Origin: Podospora anserina
Taxonomy: Eukaryota
Length of the DNA: 64,000 nucleotides
Direction: 5' to 3'
Assembly (NCBI GenBank): GCA_017654855.1
Contig: CM030336.1
Location: 2,976,001 to 3,040,000 of the forward strand
Shown here: positions 48,279 to 61,709 of the stretch, piece by piece
Numbering within the stretch: position 1 is the first letter of the stretch
Layout of the letters: each line of letters opens with the position of its first letter
Made by a program: the position numbers and the translations under genes
The notes under the pieces: model-generated
The model's database searches: none
Told to the model about the DNA's origin: nothing
Seen by the model: the letters and a program-made list of their open reading frames with translations, nothing else

Positions 48279-49656
48279 TCAGTCCCGGTGACCAACACCC
48301 AACCGGAACCGCCAGCTCCAATGTCCCTCGGCGTCCTCGATCAAGGCCCTCATTTCACCGACAAACGGCCGGGTCTCGTCCTTCAACAGGAGACCTCTTT
48401 CCAAACACAGCCTCGCGAACTTGATCGCTTCCCACCTATTTCCGACACCATTGAACTCGATTGCGGCGCGGTAATATGCCTCGTGCAGCCTAGCCTCTAG
48501 GCCCTCGAGTTCATAGAGAATGGTCAAGAGTTCTGCCATCCCGGGGCCGTCTTTCACACCGTGATCGTACTGGTCCAGCTCGTTTCTGATGTTTACAAGC
48601 TGGGCTGTGCGAGCATCTGATTCTTTCTGGCGACGAGATGCTTGGGTGCATCGAGGGCAGGAGCAGGTGAAGTTCCAGTATGAGAGGGATGCCTGTCGAG
48701 TCTGAGAGGGCTGTGTCAAGCTAGAAATATTCTTTGTTAGTGTAATCAGAATGTCTAGAGGGAATATGGGTATTGCTTACTCGACGTCTCCTATCGTCAG
48801 CTCTTCTCCTGGGTGGATATCCCGCACTGTGATAAGACTCTTTCGCATGGTCAGCGGATCAAAATGGTAAGCAGCATTGGGGCCGCAGGCGTGGTTGACT
48901 CTGGACACTGAGATTCGGTTTCAAGATCTGTCAGCATCACCCTGATTACCCAACTGGGAAAGTCTCACCATCCAAAAAGACAGCATGAAATTCTATGTCC
49001 TCAATCTTGGTATGAAATGCATTCTTCCCAACAATCGCCAGAGCGCTCTCCTTCGAATTTCGGAGTAATCCCTCAGCCCCTGTTAAGGCGAAGAAACGCT
49101 CGCGCGAGAGATATGGCAACATGCTAGCCGCTTCGTGGATCAAATCAGCCAGCATTTCCGTTCTCAACTTGGTGAAAGCCCCGTGGTCAATCATCAACCC
49201 TGGCGCATCGACCATCACTCTGGTGTTTTTCCTGATGGTTCTGTTGGCTGCGACCACGCCTAGACCCTTGCCTTCGATGGGCTTGACCTCTAACAGGTCT
49301 GGTGTGTTGGCAGTGTTGGGGGTGCTCCACCACCTGTCGTGATGAGGTAGGGTAGAAACCGAGCGGATGACGGACGAGGTAGTCACAAGTGATATCCCCT
49401 TTCCATCGTTGAAGTTTGGAAGCAAATAGACGCAATATTCCTTGTCGCCAGCGCGATGGCAGAGAGAGCCGACGGCCCAGGGCTGCCTGATTGTGCTGGC
49501 CTTAGCGGTGCATACTGGCGCTGGTATAATATGTGGATGCTTGGGGCATGTGGAGATGTAGTTGATGACTTCGTTTGGGGGGCAGGTTTGGGGTGGCGGA
49601 CCGAGGGGGGACTGTCCAAAGAGTGTTAGAGGGACTAATACTTGAGTAAGTAGCAT
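48279..49656 (-). CDS. SET-domain protein (Set5-like family) with hydrophobic N-terminus (2 introns)
   Basis: GKGLGVVA, SRVNHACGPNA, RDIHPGEELTI, post-SET FTCSCPRC and a TPR-like C-terminus. Confidence 0.85.
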
Positions 49657-52176
49657 GATGATGGATGATGATTCTTCTTGGTTGGGAAAGAAAGAGATCT
49701 GTGGGGTTCAGAGCTTGGAGGAGTGAAGATTCCAAGAGGTCTGAGTGTTTGGAGAGCGTGTTTCATGATGAGGGTTGACCACATGGGGTGTTGTCCTTGG
49801 CAAGGGCTTTCGATACATTCAAACTTTCCTTCACACTGAATGTACATGACATGATCTGTTAGGTTGATTGAGTGTCCTGGCCAACTGGAACCGGTTGAGC
49901 AAAAGAATTCGGAGACTGAGTACTGCGCGAGACTCCTGAACCGCGCCATTCTCAAAAGGATGGTGTGTAGCCACCATTCTCCGACAAGGGCTGTCATCGA
50001 AAAAGTCCGGGCCGATAATGTACCCTCCGTCGCCGGCTAATACCACTGGAAGTATTGTGGTGCGCGACCCGGTTTGGTCTTTATCGCCTGGCAAGATTGG
50101 TGAAACAAAAAATTGCGTACTTGGTGGCAAAAGCAAGAGCTAGGCAGATTTCTTCTCGACCAGGGCAGCAGAAGACAAAGATATATAACTGCGGCTCTGC
50201 TCATGTATCATTCATGTCCAGTTCGCCACCCCTCGGACAGTTCTGAACCCGGTCAATAAACGTTATCTCAAGTAACAAGATCGACAGTAATTAGCCAGGT
50301 TGAAATCTGGGGTTGGTCTAACCATTCAATGCTCAACCCTTGAGAGAGCATGCATGCATGTGAAGCGGCACTTGGTGCATCATGTTCCATTGTCGATCCG
50401 GGCACCGAAATGAAGTCGAGGTCAAGATGTCTGGGAAACTCGATGTGAAGTTCCCATTTGACAGGCATGCAGTGCCACTCGGTCTACATTAGAGTGACTG
50501 ATATAGCATTTGTGATCCTTGTCATTGAACCCTTGGGTCCTCCACACTCAGCATCAAAGACTCGGTCAAGCTCTTGTTGACGACCAGATCAGTTCGACGT
50601 AATGGGATGGTGGCAGTCGGCTCCGGAATTTGAGACGGGATTTATGGCGGATAGACGCGTTCGTTTACCCAGAAGTCACGGCGTGTGTTGCCCTTTTGGC
50701 GATGGAGCTGATGAATACCTGGTTGCCTGAAAGTATGCGCAACAGAGAGGCCATCCCATTGCACCTGTTTGCTTGAAGAGCCTTTGCCTTCATGTATAAA
50801 AGCCAAGGACTCTTTGGGTCGGCGGCGGTATGCCTTTGTTGGTAGAAAAATTGCTCCTGATCACCACACCATCTTAACTGCAAAGTTTTCTGAAGCTACT
50901 GGATACAGTACTCCACAGATGGCAGCCTTGCTCATGCTCAATTGTCAGGACAATACCAAGCCGGACTCCTTGGCCCAGTGAGCAAGCCTGCCTTGTATCT
51001 CTCCAACTATTCCAATGATTGACTTTGCTCACGTATCCATCAGCCATACTGACACCACATCCTCGACCGAGCGCTGGGTCTCTGACAATCAGCCCATCTT
51101 CAACTAGTGAGAGCCAGTGGCCAAACCGCATAGACAACAATTTCTCCACTAAAGCCATCGGTCGATACTTTTCCTAGAACCTACCGTGGTCCCATCTGAA
51201 GCCGAACAATAATGGTGCGTTTTCACCTGGGCGGGGAGAGAGAAAATAACTACCTTAACAATGACTGGTTACGCCAGGATGGGGGTTGGCCAAGATAGAG
51301 AGGGAAAAGAGGAGCGGGAGTCGGATTTTATGATCACTAGGCATTTGATCAGGTGGTAACGAGGGCTGAAGCAATAATTATATGATGATACACAGTAAAT
51401 GATGAAGGGATCGGAGTAATATGCACCGTCTTCCTTTAGTGATGCTTGGTGATGACTAGAGCTTGGATCATGTAACCTGCTATCAAGAGAGTCAGGTACC
51501 TACTTCGTGATAGTGTAATTCAGCAACTCTGGAGTGAGGCCGTACTCGTGAATGGGCCTGTTGAGGGACCAAAACCAAAAGGTATCAAGACCCAGGACGT
51601 CTATTCGCTATCTCTGACTGTGCATGATGAACCCTTTATTCTCAGAATTGCGACCGAGTAGCAGCTTGTCGATTCTAGAGTCACAACTAAATCACATACA
51701 CAACGAAAGGCATAAGGAGGACAATCCATGCCTCCTCTGCTGTATTATAAACGAGATTAAGCCTAGTACTATCAGTAGCTGAGTAGCCCGCATGCTGAGC
51801 TCTGTTATGTATCTGGAGAAAAGAAGACAGTGACCTGTTCGGGGAATGGTTTCTACCTTAGTTTTACCGGCTACCCAAATATCCATCGCAGTTACTCACA
51901 TTGACTACTGGGATCCTCTTGGTCGGCCTCTTCCTGGTAGGCCTCTTCCAGATCGGCCTCTCGAGGTCGTTCCCCGTACTGGCGCGGGGTTCCTCTTCCA
52001 CTCCAGTAATAGCCTGGAAAAACATCGCCTGGCCAAGGAAGTGGGCTTTGAGGCGGCGGAACAGTCGAAGCAGACAAAAAACTGGCAGGAATCTGAGGGA
52101 CATTCGCGATCAGAGTAGGCACCACCTCCGGCAAAGTAGTAACGTTTGTCTGACTCTTGGCATCTTCTTTGGAATT

Positions 52177-53075
52177 CTAACCCAAAGCACGAGTATCCTT
52201 CGCAAGCCAGTCCTGCATGCCGCTGGGAAAGTCCTTCTTGACAGCGCAGTTTGAGCAGCAGGCAGTGAGCTTGAGCGGCTCCGGGGCAATATGGGTGTAG
52301 TAGCCCTTCTCTGCTCGGCTGGGCTTGTTCTTGCAAAAAGAGCAGTACGGGTCTAGCGGGTGGGCGATGAAGTCTCCCGTTGCTCTCATTGCTCGAAACA
52401 AGTCCAAAGACAACAGCGGAGCTTCCTCATCGAGAAACTTGGTGAACCGAGGCTCCTTCATGAAATAGTACCGAGCCGTGTGAATGAACGACACGAACGC
52501 CTTGCGAATAGAGGTCACGGCCGTGTCGCTGATGGGAATGTCTTCGTAGACCAGGCGGATGGCCTCGCAGAGCTCAGGGAGCCACTCTTTGCAAGACTCT
52601 TGTTGCAGTTGGATGGCGGGGAGTTTGGTATCGAACTCAGCGGTCAGAGTGTCGAGAGCAATCTTGGCCAGTGGGCTCAGGGCAAAGAAGTCGGCGACGC
52701 TGTGAACCTCGAAGCATGTGACAAAGTTGGTCATGGTCATTTTCTCAGGGCCCCGAAGGGTGGCAATGTCGCAGACCCCAGTGTAGATGTACCGGATGAC
52801 CCATTCGACAGCCTCGGGCTGAAAGTCCTGGATGGTAATAACACCGCTGGTCGCCTCCTCAAACTGCCCGGTCAGGGCCTTCTCGAACCAGACACTGCGG
52901 GTGCTACTTGCGGGTTAGCTGGATGAAGTGGTCGATGTATCGGTTGCGAGACGAACCACAGAATGGCCTTGTGAAGCTTCCACTCTTTGTCTCCACACTT
53001 GACAACGACATCAGAGAATAGCCCGGTCTCCAGCAGCTTCTCGTCAGAGGAGAGGAATCTATCGTTTTTATCCAT
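52177..53075 (-). CDS. BTB/POZ-domain protein with a Cys-rich C-terminus (1 intron)
   Basis: FSDVVVKCGDKEWKLHKAILC|TRSVWFEKALTGQFEEA, WVIRYIYTG, ADFF. CSFC...CCSNC tail. Confidence 0.88.
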
Positions 53076-54457
53076 CTTTGTGAGTCGCGACGGGGTCGGT
53101 TGGGTTAGGGTTGTTGTCAAGTCGAAATTGGGCTAGTGGTCAACGGCTTCCCGAGGCACGAAAGGCAAAAATGCGACTTTACACGCCTAAGTTGAAGGGT
53201 TTTTCATGGAAAAGTGAGAATGGAAATTCTGAGCAAGACAGAGCGGGAGTTTGCCTGCTGTTTACTTTGCATTGAACTCTTGGACTTCGTAACAATAGAG
53301 AGAAGCGGGGCAGGAGTGCATGCTGGCAACGATAAGAATGATAAGGGTTAGGGTATTAATCAGCATCTAGCAAACAAAAAGCAAGTTAAGTCACTGCACT
53401 GTGAGCATGAGGTTAGTCATCTGCTATTCTCGATCATGGTACTATTGGCCATGTCATCTGTCTTTTCCCGCGCCTTTCGAAGTCTATTCTGGGATACTTG
53501 ACGAGACAGTGAAGTATGGATCCAGCGAGACCCCTCGGTCCAAAGCATGGCAGGTAGATCCGGTCGTGTCGGAGAGGGCCCATGATGATTGATAATGTGG
53601 TAAGCAGACATCTTCCAGTGCTTCCAAGGGAAAGATGCAATCGCTGACCTCGCAAGGCACGATGTGAAAGTGATCAAGATATTACTCGGCAGATGTCATA
53701 GCCAGCAAGTTACATTCGTGTTCGGAACATTATCCAAGTCCCTGCATCGTGAACCTCTGTGCCGCTGGTTCCTGACAGAATGCCCGAGATCGAGGAGACA
53801 TCATGCGACAATCGATCGATTCCACGAGGGGACCAAACAGCAATATATCGCTTGCAACCCCAACCCATTACCGCCCAACACAAAGCATTACAAAACCTTA
53901 GCAAGCACCTTCCCATGTGGCATTGCAATGTCAACAAGTACGGAACCGAGCGGACACAGCCTCTCTTTTGAAGACTCGGGCGCTGACGTACCTGCAAACC
54001 GTCGATTCCAACGACGTATAGCAGGGGGCGGCCCGATCTGACAATCGGCTGGGTCCCTAGTCCGATCGGATCGGCAATGTCCCCGGGAAAAGACGGCAAA
54101 GTTGCCGAGAGATCGCCTGCAGCAGAACCCGGCAACTGGTTCTACAATGGGGGTGATCTGCCGGCTTGGCACTTTATCAAGACCACTTACACTGTAATAA
54201 TTATGCTGTTGGCTTGGATACACTCGTCACCAGCCGTGTGACGTCGACACTAGGTACGATGGCTGTGCTGGTATTGTTGATTTTTCGCAATATCGAAATG
54301 CAAGATGCCGAGAACAAGAGCCATTCACAACTATAAGAGCTGTTGGGTTGCCACAAACTAATTCTGCTTCGTCCTACCTACTCATCACTTCACATTCAAC
54401 ATCTCACTTCACCACCATCATCAAACCTTTCTCTCAAACAGATATCAGTCTGCCAAC

Positions 54458-55075
54458 ATGCGTTTTTCCGCCATCCTCTCCCTCCTCTCGGCCACCACTG
54501 CCGTGGCCAACAACGCTGTTCCCGCCCTCTGGGACGGCAGCTGTTACTATCCCGCCTCGGATCCTGCCTTCAACGTCACCAGCTACCTCGGCCGCTGGTA
54601 TCAGGTCGCCGGCACCATCGCTCCCTACACCCGCAACTGCAAGTGCATCTTTGCCCAGTACGGCTTGAACGACAACGGCAGCATCGCCGTCAACAACAGC
54701 TGCCAAGCCGGCACCCGCGCTGTCAACATTGTCGGCGCTGCTTCTCCTGCTGAGCCTCAGTACGGTGCCACTGGCGTGTTCCGCGTCCAGTTCCCCAACG
54801 AGAGACCTCCTGATTGCCCCGGTCCCAACTACATCGTCCAGGACTACACCGGCGAGTTCTCGCTCGTGCAGAGCAACAACTTTACCACCCTGTTCATCTT
54901 GAGCAGGGAGCAGCATCCCGATGAGAAGGTTCTTGATGTGAGTAGCCCGTTTCCATCAGAAGATTAATGTCCAGCGCTAACAAAGACGCAGGCCTGGATT
55001 GCCCGCGCTGGTCTCCTCGGATCCGACCTTTCTCAGGTTGTCAAGACGGACCAGACTGACTGTCTCTATACTTGA
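54458..55075 (+). CDS. Secreted lipocalin (ApoD/Blc-like; 1 intron)
   Basis: Signal peptide, YLGRWYQVA (SCR1), NYIVQDY, FILSR. Intron 54938-54991, stop at 55073-55075. Confidence 0.9.
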
Positions 55076-55489
55076 GCGGAGATGCGAACAATGGGTACAA
55101 TACCATCATAATGGTCCGTTCATTATTGGACCAGGAGCGCTGTGAGTTGTTGATGTTCAGAATGGCGAGTAATATTGTATGTAATGTTAAACTTAGCCTT
55201 GTACATAATTACAATGCATGCTTTATCAGAGCACGGCTTCTTTCTGCTTGTGTGTCTTTGTGTACCACAAGCTATGCCACACTTGAATACCTGGAGCCTC
55301 ATCCTAGAATGTGGTTTAGTCCACCAACAACTCTGGGCAAAATGCCTAACCTGCGGTCTGAGGACCGCTGCCTGGCAAATGGTTGGAGCGTGGTTCTTGG
55401 CATCACCTCATCTTCTAATTCTCATCACATCAACACTGTAGGCTTTCCGCAACAAACCTTCAATTATTCCTGCAGAGCGATATACAACA

Positions 55490-56620
55490 ATGCATCCCAG
55501 CAACCCATTTTCCTCGCAAGAACCAGCCAGCAAGAATGCCTCCGGTCCCTTGCGAGTACCCCTCCCCAACGAGCCAACCCCCCTGCTATGTATCGACGTC
55601 GAAATCAACGGCCACCCCATCACCGCACTGGCGTCCATGGCAAACGAGAACTCAATCATATCCCTTGAGCTAGCCGAACAGCTCTCCCTGCCCATTGAAT
55701 CGCGAGAATTCAAACACCCTGTCCGCTTGCTCAACGGCACAATCGCCAAGGGGGACGGGACGGTCCAAGTAGCCATCACGCGCCGCGATCACGAGCAGCA
55801 CAGGTACCTACCAGGGCTCCAGAAGTGTGATGTCTTACCGGGAAGTATTTACCCCCTCGTGCTGGGACAAACGAGCCTCTTGTTTTACTTGCAGGCGGTC
55901 CCCTATTGGCGTGAATGGTATAGGCTTCTATCCCCAGACCCCCCGCGGGAGTTTGACTTCAAGATTCGAATGTCTCTGCCCAGGCCCCCGCTGGGGGATA
56001 GGACCGTGTTTATCAGTGCGGTTGGGCATCTGGCGTTTGATGATTTGGGTGGGGACCTTGCCGGTGATAACGTCCCGTTTGTGTTGGATGGTGCGAGTAC
56101 TTGTTGTATTATCTCTGGGAATTACGCCAGGTTCAGGGGGATGGACATGGAGGAGCTCCCTCCGGGCGAGGCTTACACCTTGGTTTTTATTGATGGGTCA
56201 ACCGCGGAATGCTCGACGGTTGTCCGGGGAGTGGAGTGGACGCCTTGGGACAATCCAGGGGCTGGATACATTATCAGAGGCCGGACTTGTTTTGTGGACT
56301 TTCTTGTTGTTGAGGAATGCCCGGCTACGGTTATTCTTGGGAGTAGCTATCTTGACGCGTTTGGGATATTGGAGGGGCCGGAGAAGGTTCCTGATCTCGA
56401 AAGCTTCCAGATTACTTCTCTGGGCTTCGCACCCTCACTGGAACAGTACCCTGAAGTTTCGTGGCTGTCGAAAGGAACGCGACCTGGCGTGACGGTGGGG
56501 GATACGTGGTTGGAAGTTGAGCTGCAGGTAGGGGTGGCAATGGTCGAAAGGGGCGCAGAAAGTGGTCTTGACAGCAAGGCGGCCAGTGAAAAACAGGCCG
56601 TTCAAGACATTGGTCAGTGA
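55490..56620 (+). CDS. Protein with two tandem retropepsin-like (gag-type aspartyl protease fold) domains and degenerate active sites
   Basis: Domain 1: VEINGHPITALASMANENSIISLELAEQL...LVLG. Domain 2: FVLDGASTCCIIS...VFIDGS...VDFLVVEE..TVILGSSYL. Splicing may extend it 3' towards about 57020. Confidence 0.7.
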   Translation: MHPSNPFSSQEPASKNASGPLRVPLPNEPTPLLCIDVEINGHPITALASMANENSIISLELAEQLSLPIESREFKHPVRLLNGTIAKGDGTVQVAITRRDHEQHRYLPGLQKCDVLPGSIYPLVLGQTSLLFYLQAVPYWREWYRLLSPDPPREFDFKIRMSLPRPPLGDRTVFISAVGHLAFDDLGGDLAGDNVPFVLDGASTCCIISGNYARFRGMDMEELPPGEAYTLVFIDGSTAECSTVVRGVEWTPWDNPGAGYIIRGRTCFVDFLVVEECPATVILGSSYLDAFGILEGPEKVPDLESFQITSLGFAPSLEQYPEVSWLSKGTRPGVTVGDTWLEVELQVGVAMVERGAESGLDSKAASEKQAVQDIGQ

Positions 56621-57394
56621 CCCGTTCCTATGAATTATGTTTGCCAGAGCTGACAAGGTGTTGGGCTGGCGACCTAGGAAAGTCACCGGCGGCGAAAATG
56701 AGGCCAAAAAATGGCCAAAATTGGTAAGCAAATTAGTATTACAGTAGTTGGTTGTTGGTTGAAAAGAAAACAGTAAGAAAATCCAGCCCCAAGAGCAAAC
56801 CGGTGTGGGTCTGGGAAAACCTGGGCCCTTTTGGTGCCCCACACAAGGGGATGAATGTAGATCCTCAAGTGAACCAACCTCGGGAAGAAAGGACGAGTGC
56901 AGTTGCAGACAGCGGCTGGGAGGTAGTTGGCCGACAAGAAAGTTTAGCACCGGTACACTATGACTCGAAGGGAGTGGCCAAAGAGAAAGCCAAGAAGCGA
57001 GCTTGGTGGTGCTTCAGGTAGTCGGGTACATAACGGTTACCTGACGTAAACTCTGCCTTTAAACATTCTGTCGAGAGATGTGGTGTCCAATGTGAACATT
57101 GATTTTTATAAGAATATTGACAAGGCTGGGACGGGATCCGTACAACTTGTCAGAGAAAGATTTGAAGATTCGAACAGACATACGAGACCCTCAAAGCGTG
57201 GCGTCTGATACTATGCAGCAATACCAGCTACTGCGTGTATGTGATTGGACAAGTCATGAAGCTAAGCTGACAGAAGTTCTTATTACCCCGCATAGCCTTC
57301 TCTGAAGAGCGTTGACTGAGAGATTTTCTTTCTTTTCTTCTCATTGACACAGGCTCAAACTTCATATTGCCGGATACCCAAAGCCCAGCTGAAC

Positions 57395-58942
57395 ATGGCC
57401 ACATCACAAGACAGGGTTTTGATCGTCGGAGCAGGTACCTGAACACTCTTGTTTGGTCTGAGAGCTTTGCAACATGAGATGCTAATTCGTCAAACAGGAT
57501 CATCGGGCTTGCTCATTGCCCAGGTTCTCAAGAAGGTACTGGATGCCCGGAGAAAAAGGCCCAGTAAAATCACCCACTTATTATAAGCATCAAAACAGGC
57601 CGGCATCCCAGCCACAGTCTTCGAGCAAGACACCTCGCCCACGTCCCGCCACCGCGACTGGAACTTTGGCATCTACTGGGCCCAGTCCCGGCTCGAAGAA
57701 TGTCTCCCCCCAAACCTACACCACCTCGTCAAGTCAACACAGACAGACCCGAACTATGAGCCCTCGGTGGATGAGAAGCTCAACATCTTCAACGGCCACA
57801 CTGGCGAGATGATGAACAGCCTCCCCGCACCATACAGCATGCGGATCCGGCGCAGGCCTTGGTTGGAGCTTCTCACGACTGGAATTGATGTGCGCTATGG
57901 CAAAAGGCTTTCCAGCGTGTCTGTCACGGATATCAGTATGACGATAGCCTTTGAAGATGGGACATCTGAAACTGGCACTTTGCTCATCGGTGCGGAGGGA
58001 GCTCACAGTCCCACTCGAGAGTTTCTCTTCCGGAGGTCGCCCCAGGAGGCAGCGTTGCTTAGCTGTCCTATTGTCACGACGGCTACTTTGACGACGTTTC
58101 CCAAGGAGATTGCAGGAGAGCTTGCCAAGTTGCACCCTAAACATATCATTACGTTTGACCCGGCGGGGATGATTGTTTGGATAGGGGGTTTGTTCCCTTC
58201 TCATTGCGATCATGATAGAGAGCTGATAGTCAGTAGTCCACAACCGAACACCAACGGACTGCACTTACATGATCCTCGTCAGCTGGGAGTCACAAGAAGA
58301 GACTGGGCTGAGGGAAGCCGGCAGCGATGCCATCTTGGCTGACCTAAAGTGTCGAGCTGAGAAGCTGGCATTCCCCTTCAAAGACGCCATCCAGAGCGTG
58401 CCAAATGGGACGAGAGCTTGGTACGAAATTGCAGCATACCTACCTATTGGCCATGAAACACTATACTAACATTGCTCAAGGCACGCCCGGCTCTCCTACT
58501 GGCCCACCAAGCCCTGGGATAACCACAACGGAAAAGTAACCCTGGCAGGCGATGCAGCGCACCCCATGACGTTCCGTGCGTTGTCCTATCCTCTTATTAT
58601 CACACACATCCTGTACTGACATTGACATGTTCAGACCGAGGCCAAGGCCTAGGCAACGCCATCGCCGATGCGGCCGAGTTCCAGACCTGTTTGTCGTCCT
58701 CCAGCAACAACCTTGTCGAAGCGGTAGCAAAGTACGAAAAGGAGATGTGGGCGAGGGGTTTCGAGGCGGTAAAGGTGAACTTGGAGAATAGTATCGCGTT
58801 GCATGACTGGAAGAAGGTGTTGTTGAGTCCATTTTACAAGGCTGGTATCAAGAGGGACGCGGAAGTTGGGGTGAGTGAGGAGGGCAAAGTGGACGAGAAG
58901 GGGCAAGCGAAGGGTGGCGAGGGGGAGCTATTTGATGAGTGA
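57395..58942 (+). CDS. FAD-dependent monooxygenase (multi-intron)
   Basis: VLIVGAG|SSGL, RDWNFGIYW, LIGAEGAHS, LAGDAAHPMTF, RGQGLGNAIAD. Confidence 0.88.
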
Positions 58943-59276
58943 TACGCAGTCATTGGACTGGAATGTTTTACCCCTGAACCCTTGAACCCATGTAGTCCTT
59001 GTTTCCCAGAGTGTTTGACATGCAGAAAGAAAACGTGAAAGTGTAAATAAACGCAGCTTTGATGCACCTAAGTGTCGCCGTCATGTTCCCTACGTCATCA
59101 CCTAAACAACCCCACCACCGTCCCCTGATCCACAAACCTTCCATTCATCTTGTCCTCCATTTGCCAATTCCTTCCCCCCACCTGCCCAGACTTTGATTCT
59201 CTCCCTCAGGCCCTCTATTTTCTTCTTACCCAAAAAGGCAACCCCAAAACACCATCCCCCTTTCTTCTCACCCACC

Positions 59277-59951
59277 ATGACGCAACCACCCACCACAAAC
59301 AACAACTCCCACATCTCCCTCACCCTCATCGAACCCAACCTCTACCTCGGCAACCTGGAATCCTCTTACTCCATCCCCACCCTCATAACCCACGGCATCA
59401 CCGCCATCGTCTCCCTGTCCGGCATCCACCACGAGGAATGGTCCCGCCCCGCCAACCGCAAGCTCGTCCCGAAGGAAAACCACTACCAGTTCATCCCCTG
59501 CGACGACAGCCCCAACCAAGACATCTTGTGCTGTTTAGGAGACATTTGCGATTTTATCGATGACCATATCGGGGTGCCTTCTGTGCAGGAGATATTAGCG
59601 GGTGTTAAACCCGGTGATGACGAGGAGGATGTGCTGGCGAGGGAGATGGGGAGGAGCAGGAAGGTGCTCGTTCATTGCGATGAAGGGGTGTCAAGGAGTC
59701 CGGCGGTGGTGGCGGGGTATTTGATGAGGCGGGATGGGAGGGGGGTGAGGGGGGTTATGAGGGAGGTTAGGAAGCGGAGGGGGTGCGTGAGGGTGAATAG
59801 GGGGTTTTTGGAGCAGCTGAAGGTTTGGGAGAGGGTGGGGTACAAGGTGTGGGAGGATGAGGAGAAAAAGGTGCCGGTGGAGGGGTATAAGAGGTGGTTG
59901 GAGAAGAGGGATAGTAGGGTGATGGGGGAGGTTTGTTTGGGGGATGTGTGA
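59277..59951 (+). CDS. Dual-specificity protein phosphatase
   Basis: NLYLG, VLVHCDEGVSRS (HCx5R), VAGYLM, NRGFLEQL. Confidence 0.92.
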   Translation: MTQPPTTNNNSHISLTLIEPNLYLGNLESSYSIPTLITHGITAIVSLSGIHHEEWSRPANRKLVPKENHYQFIPCDDSPNQDILCCLGDICDFIDDHIGVPSVQEILAGVKPGDDEEDVLAREMGRSRKVLVHCDEGVSRSPAVVAGYLMRRDGRGVRGVMREVRKRRGCVRVNRGFLEQLKVWERVGYKVWEDEEKKVPVEGYKRWLEKRDSRVMGEVCLGDV

Positions 59952-60156
59952 AATAAAAGAATGTTGTAATCATCATGTTACGCGCAACCCCTCCCAGCTC
60001 GGACTTTAGAATCCGGGCACCTACCCACCCAATGTCTTGCTCGTCTTACTCGGCAGTTTGAAAGCTACCTACCCCGACCCACCGGGTATATCAGCCCCCC
60101 ACCCTACCTCCTTCTTTCACCATCTCACTATTTCCCACCCATCCACCCAACCCAAA

Positions 60157-61664
60157 ATGTCATCCCCACCCCTCCCCCACCTAGCCCTCATCGGAGCAGG
60201 CATAACCTCCCTCACACTCTCCATTCGCCTCTCGGCCCTCGCCATCCCCCACACAATCTACGAGCAATCCGCCTCCTTGACTGAACTCGGCGCAGGTCTC
60301 GGCTTTGGTCCCAACGCCGTCCGGGCCTTGGAATACATCGATCCGAGACTAGTAGAGATATTCAACAAAACAGCCACCTTTGTCGGCACCCCCTCCCATC
60401 AAGGAAAAGAGTTGCTTGTTCAGGAGGGCAAGGGAGTTGACGAGAGGGTATGGATTGAGTTTCTTGATGGGACTAAACAGGGAGGAGGTGAAACGCTGGA
60501 GCCGGAGTTTGTGATTACCGCTGGGAATGGCAGGGGGCATGCGGCTGTTCATCGAGGGCAGTGGTTGGATGTTTTGGGGGGGTTGGCGGATAAGGAGAGG
60601 ATAATGTTTGGGAAGAGGGTTGTTGATGTGGTATGTCTTGATGGGAAGATGAGGATTGTGTTTGCGGATGGGACCGAGGCGGGGGCGGATGGGGTGGTGG
60701 GGTGTGATGGGGTCAAGTCCAAGGTGAGAGAGGTGTTGATGGGGATGTTGGGGGAGGGGAGGGAGAGGGGGAAATGTGGGTACAGTGGGAAGTATGCCTA
60801 TCGGTGTTTGGTGCCGTGGGGGAAGGCGGTTCAGGCGGTGGGGGATGATAGGGCTGGAGTGTCGAGTTTGTGGGTATGGCTTTTTATGTTTTGGCATTGG
60901 TGATGCTGTGGAAAATGCTGACGGATGAATAGATGGGCCTGAATAGGCATCTGCTGACGTTTCCGGTTCACAGACAGAGCGAACAGTTCTTGAACTTGGT
61001 GGCGTTTGTTACGGATGAAGATGGCCAGATGTGGCCTCAAGAGGGGCCAGCCAGCCTGACTCTACCGGCTACAAAGGCGGATGCACTGAGGGATTTTGAG
61101 CAGGCTGGGTTCAGTGGCTCTGTGCGGCGGTTACTGGAGATGACGAAGGAAAGGATGGACAAGGTAAGCTAGCATTGGCGCAACATTGCATGCCCTGGTG
61201 AAAACTGACGTCTTGGGCAGTGGGGATTGTATGATGTTGCTGATCGGCCGCTCTCCAAGTTTTATTTTGGCAGGATCATGGTCATTGGAGATGCTGCCCA
61301 TGCATCGACACCTCACCATGGTTCTGGAGCAGGATTCTGCATGGAGGACATTGCCGTGTTAGGGGCACTATTCGAAGAATCTATCGCCCGTCAGTCATTG
61401 ACGGTCGAGACTTTGGAAGATGTGTTCGCCGCTTTCGATTGTCAAAGGCGTGAGCGAGATCAGTGGCTTGTCAACAGTAGCCGAAGAGCAGCTGATCTTT
61501 ACCAGTGGCGGATTCCAGACTTTCTGGAACCGAACAGCTTTGAGAAAATGAAGGCGGACATTGAGCAAAGACAAGAGCACTGCTGGGGGTTTGATGTAGA
61601 GGCAGCGGTCAGAGAAGCAAAGAAGCACATGAGTGAAAGGCTGACCCTTCACACACAAAGTTAA
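60157..61664 (+). CDS. Salicylate hydroxylase-like FAD monooxygenase (2 introns)
   Basis: LIGAGIT, ELGAGLGFGPNA, VGCDGVKS, IGDAAHASTPHHGSGAGFCMED. Confidence 0.9.
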
Positions 61665-61709
61665 TATTCTACTCTAATAACAGACCTGGAGCCGGACAAA
61701 AAGAATCTA

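Noticed and set aside
49700-52100. Possible degraded secreted-protein gene on the minus strand (signal-peptide-like start near 51344) and an imperfect 15-bp repeat at ~51915-51962
   Set aside because: No continuous frame or recognisable domain could be reconstructed, and no TSD-bounded element was found.
53102-53353. TTAGGG telomere-like hexamers
   Set aside because: Only isolated single copies, as expected by chance.
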